The translations under genes and the position numbers were made by a program. From positions 34,928 to 98,927 of the forward strand of contig JBBRCE010000009.1 in NCBI GenBank assembly GCA_038205115.1: a DNA stretch of 64,000 nucleotides, given 5' to 3'. How positions within the stretch are numbered: position 1 is the first letter of the stretch; each line of letters begins with the position of its first letter. Shown one piece after another: positions 1-8,789 of this stretch. Under the pieces are notes generated by a model. It was not told the origin of the DNA and did no database searches. It worked only from the letters and a program-made list of their open reading frames with translations. Source of the DNA: Pirellulales bacterium (GTDB lineage Bacteria > Planctomycetota > Planctomycetia > Pirellulales > JBBRCE01).

Positions 1-861
1 CGAGGTCAGCAACAGGCGGCGGGCCGTTTGATCGTCTCGCCGCTGGCAAAACGCAATCGAACTCGCCAGGTAGCCCGCGCCCAACAGCAGCATGGCCGTC
101 ACGTAAAACCCTGCGCTGGCAGACACGGCCGGCAGCAAACTCAGCGGGATCAACAGCGCCGACCAAACCACGGCTTGAATGCCGGCCCGGCGACCGCTGC
201 CTTCCACCGCCGGCAGCATTTTCATATTGGCGGCCGCATACTGGGCGCGATAGATCCAGGCAATCGCCATGAAATGCGGAAATTGCCACATGAAGACAAT
301 CGCAAACAGCGTCAGGGCTTTCGCACCGCTGCCGGAAAAATCCCAGCGGTTCGAACCGACTGCGGCCGCCCAACCAATCAAAACGGGCACCGCGCCGGCG
401 ACCGCGCCAACCAGCGTGTTCGCCACCGAGCGGGTCTTCATCGGCGTGTACACGCAGACGTATAAGAACCACGTGACGAAACCGAGCAGCGCAGCCAGCC
501 AGTTGACCGCCAGCCCCAGATAAATCACACCGACAATTGCGGTGGCCGTGCCCAACGAAAAAACTTCGCCCGCCGAGAGCCGGCCCGACGGCAAGGGCCG
601 ATCGGCCGTCCGAGGCATCAAGGCATCACTATGCCGTTCGATCCATTGATTAAAAGCGCTGGCGCTAGTGGCCACCAGCGCCGTGCCAAGCAGCGTACTG
701 AACAATGTCAGGCCAGCAGGCAACCCGGCGCTCAGGGCGGCCACGGCCACGCAGACGAGTACCAGCACGGCAATCCGCGGCTTTGCTAATTCCACGTAAT
801 CCGCCAGCCGAGTCCAAACGCCGGTCCGCCGCACTTCGTAACTGATTGCGGCCAAGTTCAT
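1..861 (-). CDS. ctaB: Protoheme IX farnesyltransferase (heme O synthase); 3' end runs off the window
   Basis: Not in the ORF track because no stop lies inside the window. Hand translation of the minus strand from ATG 861 gives MNLAAISYEVRRTGVWTRLADYVELAKPRIAVLVLV..., later ..NQWIERHSDALMPRTADRPLPSGR... The frame is open to base 1 (287 codons). The pattern is UbiA-family. ATGA start/stop overlap with ctaA at 858-861. Confidence 0.85.
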   Translation of the reverse strand, partial: MNLAAISYEVRRTGVWTRLADYVELAKPRIAVLVLVCVAVAALSAGLPAGLTLFSTLLGTALVATSASAFNQWIERHSDALMPRTADRPLPSGRLSAGEVFSLGTATAIVGVIYLGLAVNWLAALLGFVTWFLYVCVYTPMKTRSVANTLVGAVAGAVPVLIGWAAAVGSNRWDFSGSGAKALTLFAIVFMWQFPHFMAIAWIYRAQYAAANMKMLPAVEGSGRRAGIQAVVWSALLIPLSLLPAVSASAGFYVTAMLLLGAGYLASSIAFCQRRDDQTARRLLLTS

Positions 862-1868
862 GCGCCGACTCCCATCAACATTTGAGACGAAGTCGCGGCA
901 GGAATCGCACGATGCAGTTGGCGGCAAACCCGCACCGCCAACATCACGCTCAATGCCAGAATCAACGATCCCAGCGCCACGTGCGCGGTTGTCAGATTGG
1001 TTTGCCAAATACCGCCAGCTTCGACTGTGTAGCCTGCGGCAAAGCGATAGTTGACCCAAGCCGGCCAGCCATAATGCGTGACATACGCCGCGCAACCTAG
1101 GAGCAATTGCACACCAATCGCGGCCAGTAAAGCGGTGCTTGGCCATAGCCAATGCGATTCTGCGCGGAACCGCCGCCAGACAATCATCCCCACGAGCAGA
1201 ATATGAATAGTAACCGCCAGCGCCACGAGCAAATGCCCCCACAGGATCACGCGCGAAAAGCCTGCGCTGGCATCGGCGTTGAAGTGGCGAAGTTGCGCGC
1301 CCAGCAGCAGTTGCAGATACACTAGTGCCGCGGTCAAGATGCTCAGCCGCCGCAATTTGGCCGCCTGCGGCTGATCGACCGGCGGTTGTTCTCGCCGCCA
1401 GTAACGCGACGTCATCACGGCCAGTGACACAGCATATGCAAAAAACGCCGGTCCCAAGCAACCGTGAATCATGGCCAACGTTTCTTTGTTCATTCTGACG
1501 CGCATTCCGCCCAGCATTCCTTGGCCAATCACGATCAGCAGCGCGACCACCGCGGCGATTTTCATCCAATCGCGACGGTCGTAAGCATAAACCGCGACCA
1601 CCAGCGCAATCGCAATCACGCCCACCAATGCGCCGAACAAGCGATGCCCATGCTCGACAAAAATATCCCACGGCCCATACACCCAGGTCCGCCACGGATA
1701 GAGAAACAAATTATGCCCGTAGGTATTGGGCCAATCTGGCACGGACATGCCCGCCTTCAAACTCGTGACCAGCCCGCCAACCCAAATCAGCGGAAACGTC
1801 GCGCAGCACAAAGCCACCGCCAAACGGTGCGGCCAAGGGCTGGTGAATTGTGCAGGATTTGAAGTCAC
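858..1868 (-). CDS. ctaA: Heme A synthase (CtaA/COX15 family)
   Basis: 336-aa polytopic ORF with His-bearing helices (..FVEHGHRLFGALVG.., ..AMIHGCLGPAFF.., ..TTAHVALGSL..). It sits between ctaD and ctaB. Confidence 0.8.
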   Translation of the reverse strand: MTSNPAQFTSPWPHRLAVALCCATFPLIWVGGLVTSLKAGMSVPDWPNTYGHNLFLYPWRTWVYGPWDIFVEHGHRLFGALVGVIAIALVVAVYAYDRRDWMKIAAVVALLIVIGQGMLGGMRVRMNKETLAMIHGCLGPAFFAYAVSLAVMTSRYWRREQPPVDQPQAAKLRRLSILTAALVYLQLLLGAQLRHFNADASAGFSRVILWGHLLVALAVTIHILLVGMIVWRRFRAESHWLWPSTALLAAIGVQLLLGCAAYVTHYGWPAWVNYRFAAGYTVEAGGIWQTNLTTAHVALGSLILALSVMLAVRVCRQLHRAIPAATSSQMLMGVGA

Positions 1869-1966
1869 GGAAATCAGATCGAAAAAACGGTTCAGGGCAA
1901 CTCTTCAAAAAGTTCGTGACGGTGGTGCAAACTCTCGCCCCGCCGACGACGAATCGCAGATGGATT

Positions 1967-3772
1967 TTAGTGTTCGCCCGGTTTCTTAGGTGGCTGATTA
2001 GGCGTGGTGTCTGGCGGCGGTTGCGTCTGTGGGTAGAAGTCAGTATCGACTTCTGGCGAATTGTATTCGTACGGACCGCGATACACGATCGGTTGGAAGT
2101 CAAAATTGCCGTGTCCCGGTGGGCTGGGTGCCATCCATTCCAGACCGTTAGCGTGCCACGGGTTGCGGCCAGCGATTGGTCCCTTGAACATGCTCCAGAC
2201 GAAGTTGATGGCAAAAATGATTTGCGAGGCCACCATGCCAATCGCGCACCAGGTCATGAACCGGTTGAGCGGCAACAAATGATGAAACGTCTGGTAGTGA
2301 TACGGGTCGGCCAGGCGGCGCGGAAACGCGTTGGCGCCCAAAATGTGCATCGTAAAGAACGTGCCATTCAAAAAGATAAATGTCAGCAAGAAGTGGACTT
2401 TGCCCCAGCTCTCGTTCATCAGTCGGCCGAACATTTTGGGATACCAGAAATAAATTGCCCCAAACACGCCCATCGCCGTGCCGGCAAACAACACGTAGTG
2501 GAAGTGCGCGACGATGAAGTAGGTGTCGTGAATAAAAATATCCACCGGCGTGGCCGCCATGAAAATGCCTGATAATCCGCCGATGATGAACATCGACACA
2601 AACGACAACGCAAACAACATGGGCGTGGTGTACTGGATGTTTCCGCCCCACAGCGTGCCCAGCCAGTTGAACGTTTTGATGGCGCTGGGCAGCGCAATCA
2701 TCATCGTCGAAACCATGAACGTCATGCCCAAAGCCGGATTCATGCCGGAGACAAACATGTGATGCCCCCAAACCACAAATCCCAGTCCGGCAATACCAGA
2801 GATCGAATACACCATCGGCTTATAGCCAAACAGCGGCTTGCGGGCAAAGCAACTGATGATATCGCTGACCATGCCCATCGCTGGCAAAATCATGATGTAC
2901 ACGGCCGGATGGCTATAAAACCAAAACAAGTGCTGCCAAAGTAGCGGCTGGCCGCCACCGGCGGAAATGGACGAATTGTTGACCACCAAACCTTCCGGCA
3001 GAAAAAAGCCGGTGCCGATCGTGCGATCCATCAATTGCATGAAGCCAGCCGCCGTGAGCACCGGCAACGCAAAGGCTTGCAACACCGCCGTGATGAACAT
3101 CGCCCAGATGGTCATCGGCAGGCGAAACATCGTCATGCCTGGCGCTCGCATCTGAATGATGGTGGTCAAATAATTGACCGAACCCATCATTGACGAAATG
3201 CCGACAAGCGTCAGACCGAGCAGCCACAGGTTTTGCGCATTCAAACTGCCTGGCGCCGCGCCCACATGCACCGAAAGCGGCGGATAAACCGTCCAGCCGC
3301 TGGCGGGCGGTCCGCCCGACATGAAAAAACTGCTTCCGAAACACATAAACGCCGGCCACATAAACCAGTAGCTGAGCATGTTCAGCGTCGGAAAGGCCAT
3401 ATCGTCGGCACCGATCATCAGCGGGATCAAATAGTTACCAAACGCGCCAGCCAGAATCGGGATGATCACCAAAAAGATCATCACCGTGGCGTGCATCGTG
3501 AACAGCACGGTGTAAAACTCGGGCGCAATCTGACCGCCTTCGGCCGAAAACAGCATCCGGCCAATGATTGGCATGCCCTGCCAGGGATAAGCCAATTGCC
3601 AGCGGATGCCCAGCGCCAGTAGGCCGCCGACAAAAAACCACAACAGAGTCGAAAACAGGAACTGAATCCCGATGATCTTGTGATCTTTGGAAAAAACATA
3701 GGTACTGATGAAGCTGGCCGAGTGGCCGTGCGCCGCTTCATGACCGTGCATGTCGGCCGTGATCGTGCTCAT
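1967..3772 (-). CDS. ctaD: Cytochrome c oxidase subunit I (A-type heme-copper oxidase)
   Basis: The track ORF is 1967..3922. I prefer ATG 3772 (MSTITADMHGHEAAHG..), which makes an ATGA overlap with the ctaC stop. Signatures: ..WQHLFWFYSHPAVYIMILPAMG.., ..VVWGHHMFVSGM... Pro-rich C-terminal tail. Confidence 0.95.
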   Translation of the reverse strand: MSTITADMHGHEAAHGHSASFISTYVFSKDHKIIGIQFLFSTLLWFFVGGLLALGIRWQLAYPWQGMPIIGRMLFSAEGGQIAPEFYTVLFTMHATVMIFLVIIPILAGAFGNYLIPLMIGADDMAFPTLNMLSYWFMWPAFMCFGSSFFMSGGPPASGWTVYPPLSVHVGAAPGSLNAQNLWLLGLTLVGISSMMGSVNYLTTIIQMRAPGMTMFRLPMTIWAMFITAVLQAFALPVLTAAGFMQLMDRTIGTGFFLPEGLVVNNSSISAGGGQPLLWQHLFWFYSHPAVYIMILPAMGMVSDIISCFARKPLFGYKPMVYSISGIAGLGFVVWGHHMFVSGMNPALGMTFMVSTMMIALPSAIKTFNWLGTLWGGNIQYTTPMLFALSFVSMFIIGGLSGIFMAATPVDIFIHDTYFIVAHFHYVLFAGTAMGVFGAIYFWYPKMFGRLMNESWGKVHFLLTFIFLNGTFFTMHILGANAFPRRLADPYHYQTFHHLLPLNRFMTWCAIGMVASQIIFAINFVWSMFKGPIAGRNPWHANGLEWMAPSPPGHGNFDFQPIVYRGPYEYNSPEVDTDFYPQTQPPPDTTPNQPPKKPGEH

Positions 3773-4572
3773 GGAATGTCCTTTTTCTGCGCTGCCGCCG
3801 GCTCTTGCGTGGCTGATTGGTACTCTTGCAGGCTTTGCAAGAATTTGTCGTAGTCGGCCTGGCTTTCGACAATCAGCCGGCCTTTCATCTTGTAATGTCC
3901 CCAACCGCACAGTTCCGCGCACACCAGATCGTCTTTACCAATCTGCGTTGGCGTAAACCAAACCGGCTGCTTCATGCCAGGCACCGCGTCTTGCTTAACT
4001 CGCATGTTCGGCAAGAAAAAACTGTGCAACACATCTTGGCTTTTAAGTTGAATCAGAATCTTGCGATTCACTGGCACATGCAACTCGTTGACGGTGAATA
4101 AGTCGTCCGCAGTGCCAATGATTTTGTCCGGCCCGGGATAACGAAATCGCCACTCGAACTGCCGAGCAGTGACTTCAATTTCCACCGGTGGATCCTGCAT
4201 GTTGGCCATGTCCGGCCGACGCATTTTGTTGTCGGCCCAGACGTTCATCTGATAGATGGCAATGAACAACAGCGTGGCGGCCGGCACGATCGTCCAGACA
4301 ACTTCCAACGTGTGACTGCCATGCACGAACTTGGTCGGCGGGCGCTTGCCACTACGACTGTCGTAGCGCCACATGAACCAAAACATGGCGCCTTCGGTGA
4401 TGACAAATACCACGCCGGTCAGTGCCAGAATGAAGTAAAACAAGTGATCGATCGCGCCGCCGTTGGCGGAGTGATCTTCTGGCAACCAGATTTTTTCCTG
4501 CCATCCCCACACGAACGAGGCCACGCCTAAGACCGGCACGGCGAGGAAGAGCAGCGACCAAAACTTACCCAC
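3769..4572 (-). CDS. ctaC: Cytochrome c oxidase subunit II (CuA subunit, no fused cytochrome c domain)
   Basis: CuA motif CAELCGWGHYKM and two N-terminal TM helices. The 267 aa contain no CXXCH. Confidence 0.93.
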   Translation of the reverse strand: MGKFWSLLFLAVPVLGVASFVWGWQEKIWLPEDHSANGGAIDHLFYFILALTGVVFVITEGAMFWFMWRYDSRSGKRPPTKFVHGSHTLEVVWTIVPAATLLFIAIYQMNVWADNKMRRPDMANMQDPPVEIEVTARQFEWRFRYPGPDKIIGTADDLFTVNELHVPVNRKILIQLKSQDVLHSFFLPNMRVKQDAVPGMKQPVWFTPTQIGKDDLVCAELCGWGHYKMKGRLIVESQADYDKFLQSLQEYQSATQEPAAAQKKDIP

Positions 4573-4664
4573 GGGAACGATCTCCAGCGGAATTGAACAT
4601 AAGAGGAACAGGGGTCAAAGGTCAGGGATCAGAGGTCAGGGATCGATTGGAAGACATTGCCGGT

Positions 4665-5951
4665 TTAAAGGTTGTCTCGGTGGACGGTGGAACCGTCTTT
4701 GGCAGTGGAGAGTTCGCTTTCTGGCTCGAACGGCAAATTGCTGATGTAATCGACAATGTGCCAGATCAACTTCGAGTTATCGGCGGCCTTCTCGCCAGCG
4801 GCAATTCCCGGTGAACCAATGGCTTTGCCGTCCGGCATCGGCGTGCCGTTGATTCCGTTGTAAACGCGATAGTACAAGTCCAGCGGCCGGCGACCGCCCC
4901 GGAAAATGCCCGTGCGGATGTTTCGCGGCACGATCACCCGCTTAGGCAATGCACCCAGCGCGTAATCTTCGGCCGGCTTGACGTTTTCTTGCCACTTGTC
5001 GTAACGAACTGCGCCATCGTCGCCCATGGCCGACGGTCCGTGGCAGGCAATGCAACCGCCGCCGGCAACCTTGGGCGATTGCGTTTGGTAAAACAGCTTG
5101 CGGCCAATTTCGATCGATTTTGCCAGCTCGAAGTCCGGGTCTTGATCCTTGCTGGGCTTGGGCAGAACTTTGATCAGTTTCTTTTCGGCATTCTTCCAGT
5201 CGTTCCAATCCTTGTCGCACTTGGCCGAATCATCGGCAGCCAGAATCGTTTCGCGCAAGCTGAAAATTGCGTCGTTCTTTTTCTTGGCTGCCTCGATCTG
5301 CTCAGGCTTGAGTTTCTCGCCAGATTCCGGCTCCCAATTCTCATTGAGATACGCGGACAGGCGAAGTTCCGTCTCACCACGTAGACTAAGATACTTCACA
5401 TATTCAATCACGGCATCCATCTCGTCTTCGTCCAACAGCCGGAACGACGGCATGGCTGTGCCCGGAATGCCAAGCGTCAGCGTCTTTTTCAAGTCGGCAT
5501 CGGTGGGCGGAAAGGCGCCTTCGGTCGATTTGAACTTGTACCAACCGTGGCGATAATCGCGCGGATAAGGATTAAGGAACTGAGCGGTCGGGCCGGCGCC
5601 GTCGCCGGAAATGCCGTGGCAATGCACGCAATGCAAACGATACAGGCCCGTCTTGGCACCTTCAGCGCCCGTCACCGGACCAGCGGCCCGCTTGAGCTTA
5701 TCAATATTCAAGCCCGTTTCAGGCAACGCGTAAGGATCGTCAGGCGTGCCAAATAGTGCCGTCAGCGTGTTGGCCAGCACTTGCTGCTGACGCTGATCGG
5801 CCACCGGGTCGAGACCGCCGTGCTTGAGTTCCACCAAATTCAGATGAAACCGGGCTGGCGGAGCGTCGCCGCAACCGGACAGACAAACCACCAGCACGGC
5901 GAGCGAGACCGCAGCCAGCGCAGGGCGGATCAAGAAAAATGGACTGTTCAT
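4665..5951 (-). CDS. Dihaem c-type cytochrome, probable lipoprotein
   Basis: Two CXXCH motifs (CVHCH, CIACH). Start chosen at ATG 5951 (MNSPFFLIRPALAAVSLAVLVVCLSGCG, signal peptide plus lipobox) rather than the track start 6017. Confidence 0.85.
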   Translation of the reverse strand: MNSPFFLIRPALAAVSLAVLVVCLSGCGDAPPARFHLNLVELKHGGLDPVADQRQQQVLANTLTALFGTPDDPYALPETGLNIDKLKRAAGPVTGAEGAKTGLYRLHCVHCHGISGDGAGPTAQFLNPYPRDYRHGWYKFKSTEGAFPPTDADLKKTLTLGIPGTAMPSFRLLDEDEMDAVIEYVKYLSLRGETELRLSAYLNENWEPESGEKLKPEQIEAAKKKNDAIFSLRETILAADDSAKCDKDWNDWKNAEKKLIKVLPKPSKDQDPDFELAKSIEIGRKLFYQTQSPKVAGGGCIACHGPSAMGDDGAVRYDKWQENVKPAEDYALGALPKRVIVPRNIRTGIFRGGRRPLDLYYRVYNGINGTPMPDGKAIGSPGIAAGEKAADNSKLIWHIVDYISNLPFEPESELSTAKDGSTVHRDNL

Positions 5952-6062
5952 ATTTGCGTTTCGCGAGATCATCGTTAGCGGCGAATGGTTTGACGGGCGC
6001 GTTGCGGTTGCCGCCAAACAGCGGCAGGCAGGGCAGCGCGCGGCGGCCAGAATGTTGATGGT

Positions 6063-6941
6063 CTATTTCAAGGCCGATTCCGGAATGGTGGCTTTGATTT
6101 CTAGCGGCTTGTCGGCAGCCAACTTCACGGTAAAGCGGCCCTTGGACGTGGCCTTATAATCCTTGAGTTCGGTTTGATCCAGAGGCAGGCCGCCGGTAGC
6201 GCGTTCGTGCCAGACTTGAATTTCCAAGTCGTCGCCCGCCGGCAAGTTCGCCAGTTCGAAGCGACCTTCGTTATCGGTAATGGCCACGTACGCATCTTTA
6301 CGAACCGCAATCCAGCCAGCCATCCAACCGTGTACGCCACAGGTGACTTTGAGCGGCACGTTGGCTGCTTCCGGCGGGGTGACCGGCACTTCCTGTCCGC
6401 CGGGAATGCTCGGATTGGCAAAGCCCAGGTTGCTATTATGTAGCACGGAATCCGAATTACGAATCAGCATCTCTTGACCGGCGATGGCCGCGATCACGTG
6501 CGGCGCGAAACGGCAATCTTTGTTGTCCAACACCACCTTCGGCAGCTTGGCGTCGGGACTGACAGGATAGTTTTTGCTGGCAACCGTCAGCACCAGATTG
6601 GCCAGGCCCTTGTTGGGTCCGACAACCAGCGACTCGTCAACCAGTTGCGTTTTGCCGCAGACTTCCGGATCTTTGCCCTGCGTATCGATTTTTGCGGGCG
6701 TGGGCGGATTGCCCGCAAACAAAAACTGCCCCTTGAGCGTGCCGAAGCCGCTCCAGTTTTTTGCGGCGGCCACCGGCGCAGCGGTCGCGTTGCCGCCCGT
6801 GGCCAGCAGCGCGCGCTGGCTTTTAGCTTTGCTCAAATCCACTTGCGGATCCGGCAAATTCCGGCCACCGCCACAACCATTTAGCGACATGCCCAGCAAC
6901 GTGAGCGCAGCCAGCGTTAAAGGTAGACGAAACTTATTCAC
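6063..6941 (-). CDS. Cupredoxin-like (type-1 Cu ligand pattern) lipoprotein with C-terminal beta-sandwich domain, paralog 3
   Basis: Track ORF 6063..7181 overlaps the upstream gene. GTG 6941 gives VNKFRLPLTLAALTLLGMSLNGCGG (signal peptide plus lipobox-like NGC). Ligand-like pattern LHNSN ... CGVHGWM (H / C-x2-H-x2-M, compare amicyanin CTPHPFM). The tail ..EGRFELANLPAGDDLEIQVWHE.. resembles a carboxypeptidase-regulatory/Ig-like fold. Confidence 0.7.
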   Translation of the reverse strand: MNKFRLPLTLAALTLLGMSLNGCGGGRNLPDPQVDLSKAKSQRALLATGGNATAAPVAAAKNWSGFGTLKGQFLFAGNPPTPAKIDTQGKDPEVCGKTQLVDESLVVGPNKGLANLVLTVASKNYPVSPDAKLPKVVLDNKDCRFAPHVIAAIAGQEMLIRNSDSVLHNSNLGFANPSIPGGQEVPVTPPEAANVPLKVTCGVHGWMAGWIAVRKDAYVAITDNEGRFELANLPAGDDLEIQVWHERATGGLPLDQTELKDYKATSKGRFTVKLAADKPLEIKATIPESALK

Positions 6942-6972
6942 GATAGACCTAAAACTCGAGTTGCAGTTGGCG

Positions 6973-7878
6973 TTATTGTAAATTGTCAGCGGCCACGATG
7001 ATCTCGCCCAGGTCGTTATCGCCGGGCTTGATATCGAAATTGAACTTGCCCTTGGGCCACTGGACATCCTTGCCGCCCAGTTTGACCTTGCTGATGTACT
7101 TTTCGCTGCGGGCGACAAATTCAAAGCTGCCCACCGGCAGATTCTTGATTTCGAACGTTCCATCTTTGGCCGAAATTGCAAAGTACGGATCAGGGCGAAC
7201 CAACAGTTTAGACCTCATCCAAGGATGAATATTGCAGGAAACGTCGGTTGGCCGGGTTTCTGCCAGATCCACGGGCACCTCCACTTGGCCGCCAGCCGGA
7301 ATGAGCGTGTTGAACGGATCATTGACCGAAAAGGCGACGTTGCAATTGTGCCCAAAAGCGTCCAAGTTCTTGATGATCAACTGCTGCCCGGCCCTCATTC
7401 CCAATGTGTGCGGTTCGAACCGGCAGCCCTGGTTGTCGAGCGTAACCGACGACTTCGCATCCGCTTCGTAATCGGGATGAATCTCGGCCGGTTTCTTGGC
7501 AAGGTAGATCATCACATTCGCCAAGTTGCCGTCCTTATCAACTACGACCGATTCATCAACGACGCGCGCATTGCAAACGTCCTGGGCAATCAATCCGGGC
7601 GCCGGCAACATTTCTTTCACGACAAATCGACCTTTGAGCGTGCCCCATTTGCCGCCGGCAGGCGTGGCAGTGGCGGTGTTCGTGGTAGTGGCTTCAGGCC
7701 GATTAACCGCAGCGGTTTGATCGACGGATTTCTTCGCCGGCGTTGCAGCATCCCGCGTTGCAGCGTCGGGCGTTACAGCGTCGGGCGTTACAGCATCGGG
7801 CGTTGCATGCTCGCCGCAGCCAGCGCAGCAGGCAACCGCTACGATGAAGCTCAAAAACGCACTTGGAAATTGCCGCAT
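6973..7878 (-). CDS. Cupredoxin-like lipoprotein, paralog 2
   Basis: ATG 7878 gives MRQFPSAFLSFIVAVACCAGCG (lipobox). Ligand-like pattern GHNCN ... CNIHPWM. Alignable by eye with 7906..8691 along the whole core (LDN.GCRFEPH, IKN.D..GHN.NVAF, LIPAG, CNIHPWM, DG.FEIKNLPVGSFEFVAR.EKYI.KVKLGGKD). Confidence 0.75.
   Translation of the reverse strand: MRQFPSAFLSFIVAVACCAGCGEHATPDAVTPDAVTPDAATRDAATPAKKSVDQTAAVNRPEATTTNTATATPAGGKWGTLKGRFVVKEMLPAPGLIAQDVCNARVVDESVVVDKDGNLANVMIYLAKKPAEIHPDYEADAKSSVTLDNQGCRFEPHTLGMRAGQQLIIKNLDAFGHNCNVAFSVNDPFNTLIPAGGQVEVPVDLAETRPTDVSCNIHPWMRSKLLVRPDPYFAISAKDGTFEIKNLPVGSFEFVARSEKYISKVKLGGKDVQWPKGKFNFDIKPGDNDLGEIIVAADNLQ
7741..7815. repeat. 15-bp tandem repeat, 4 good copies plus 1 degenerate, inside the paralog-2 gene
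   Basis: Units read directly: cgttgcagcatcccg / cgttgcagcgtcggg / cgttacagcgtcggg / cgttacagcatcggg / cgttgcatgctcgcc. On the minus strand they encode the TPDAV-TPDAV-TPDAA-TRDAA linker after the lipobox. Confidence 0.9.
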
Positions 7879-7905
7879 ATCCGTCACCAAACGTAAAACG
7901 TCCGC

Positions 7906-8691
7906 TTACTTCAAATCCGAAATTTCGAGTTCAATATCGCCCAGGTCGTTCTTGCCGGCCTTGATTTCCGTGGTGAATTTGCCCTTGGTCCAAACGGTAT
8001 CCTTGCCACCCAATTTGACCTTCGTGATGTACTTTTCGCCGCGAGCGACAAACTCGAAGCTGCCCACCGGCAAGTTCTTGATTTCGAACTTGCCGTCTTT
8101 GCCCGAAACCACCGCGTAGGGATCAGCACGCACCAGCACTTGGGCCTTCATCCACGGGTGAATGTTGCACGTCACATTGGTCGGACTGGTTTCCGCATCT
8201 TCCACTTCCACTTCCACATCCGCACCAGCGGGTATCAGCGGATTGGTGGGCGGATTGACCACAAAAGCGACATTACTGTTGTGCCCGATGGGGTCGGAAT
8301 TCTTGATGACCAACGTCTGGCCGGCGCGCATCACCAGAACATGTGGCTCAAAACGGCAACCCTTGTTGTCCAGCGTGACTTTGTCTTTGGCCGTCTTCTT
8401 GTAGTCTGGATGAATGCTGGTCGGCTTTTTCGATAAATAGACCATCAGGTTGGCCACTCCGCCGTCTTTGCCGACCGTCACCGATTCATCGTACAGTTGC
8501 ACTTTGCCACAAACTTCCGGGTCTTTATTGGCATCGATTTTATCGGGCTTAGGCACGTCGCCTTTCAGTACGAACCGGCCGGTCAGCGTACCCCAGTCGT
8601 CTGCCTGCGCCATGCTTGACCAACCGCACACGACCACTGCCGCCAGCATTGCCACTGCCGCCAACACTGCAAATCTCATCTTCGTTTTCAT
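7906..8691 (-). CDS. Cupredoxin-like secreted protein, paralog 1
   Basis: Signal peptide MKTKMRFAVLAAVAMLAAVVVCGWSSMAQA. Ligand-like pattern GHNSN ... CNIHPWM. Tail domain GKFEIKNLPVGSFEFVARGEKY. Confidence 0.75.
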   Translation of the reverse strand: MKTKMRFAVLAAVAMLAAVVVCGWSSMAQADDWGTLTGRFVLKGDVPKPDKIDANKDPEVCGKVQLYDESVTVGKDGGVANLMVYLSKKPTSIHPDYKKTAKDKVTLDNKGCRFEPHVLVMRAGQTLVIKNSDPIGHNSNVAFVVNPPTNPLIPAGADVEVEVEDAETSPTNVTCNIHPWMKAQVLVRADPYAVVSGKDGKFEIKNLPVGSFEFVARGEKYITKVKLGGKDTVWTKGKFTTEIKAGKNDLGDIELEISDLK

Positions 8692-8789
8692 CGCTAAGGC
8701 TCCTCAGGTCGACCGCCGGAGATGTCCAACCGACGGGCGAACCGCTTACGATTGGCGATCATCCGTGCGCCAATCCAGGTCATCAGTAA

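Noticed and set aside
28-523. Plus-strand ORFs 28..465 and 269..523 at the window start
   Set aside because: The minus strand here translates cleanly as a UbiA-family heme O synthase, open to base 1. The plus ORFs are Arg/Gln/His-rich.
6942-7181. Upstream 80 codons of track ORF 6063..7181
   Set aside because: This part overlaps the 3' end of the upstream paralog in another frame and is Ser/Arg/Ala-rich. GTG 6941 yields a proper lipoprotein signal peptide.
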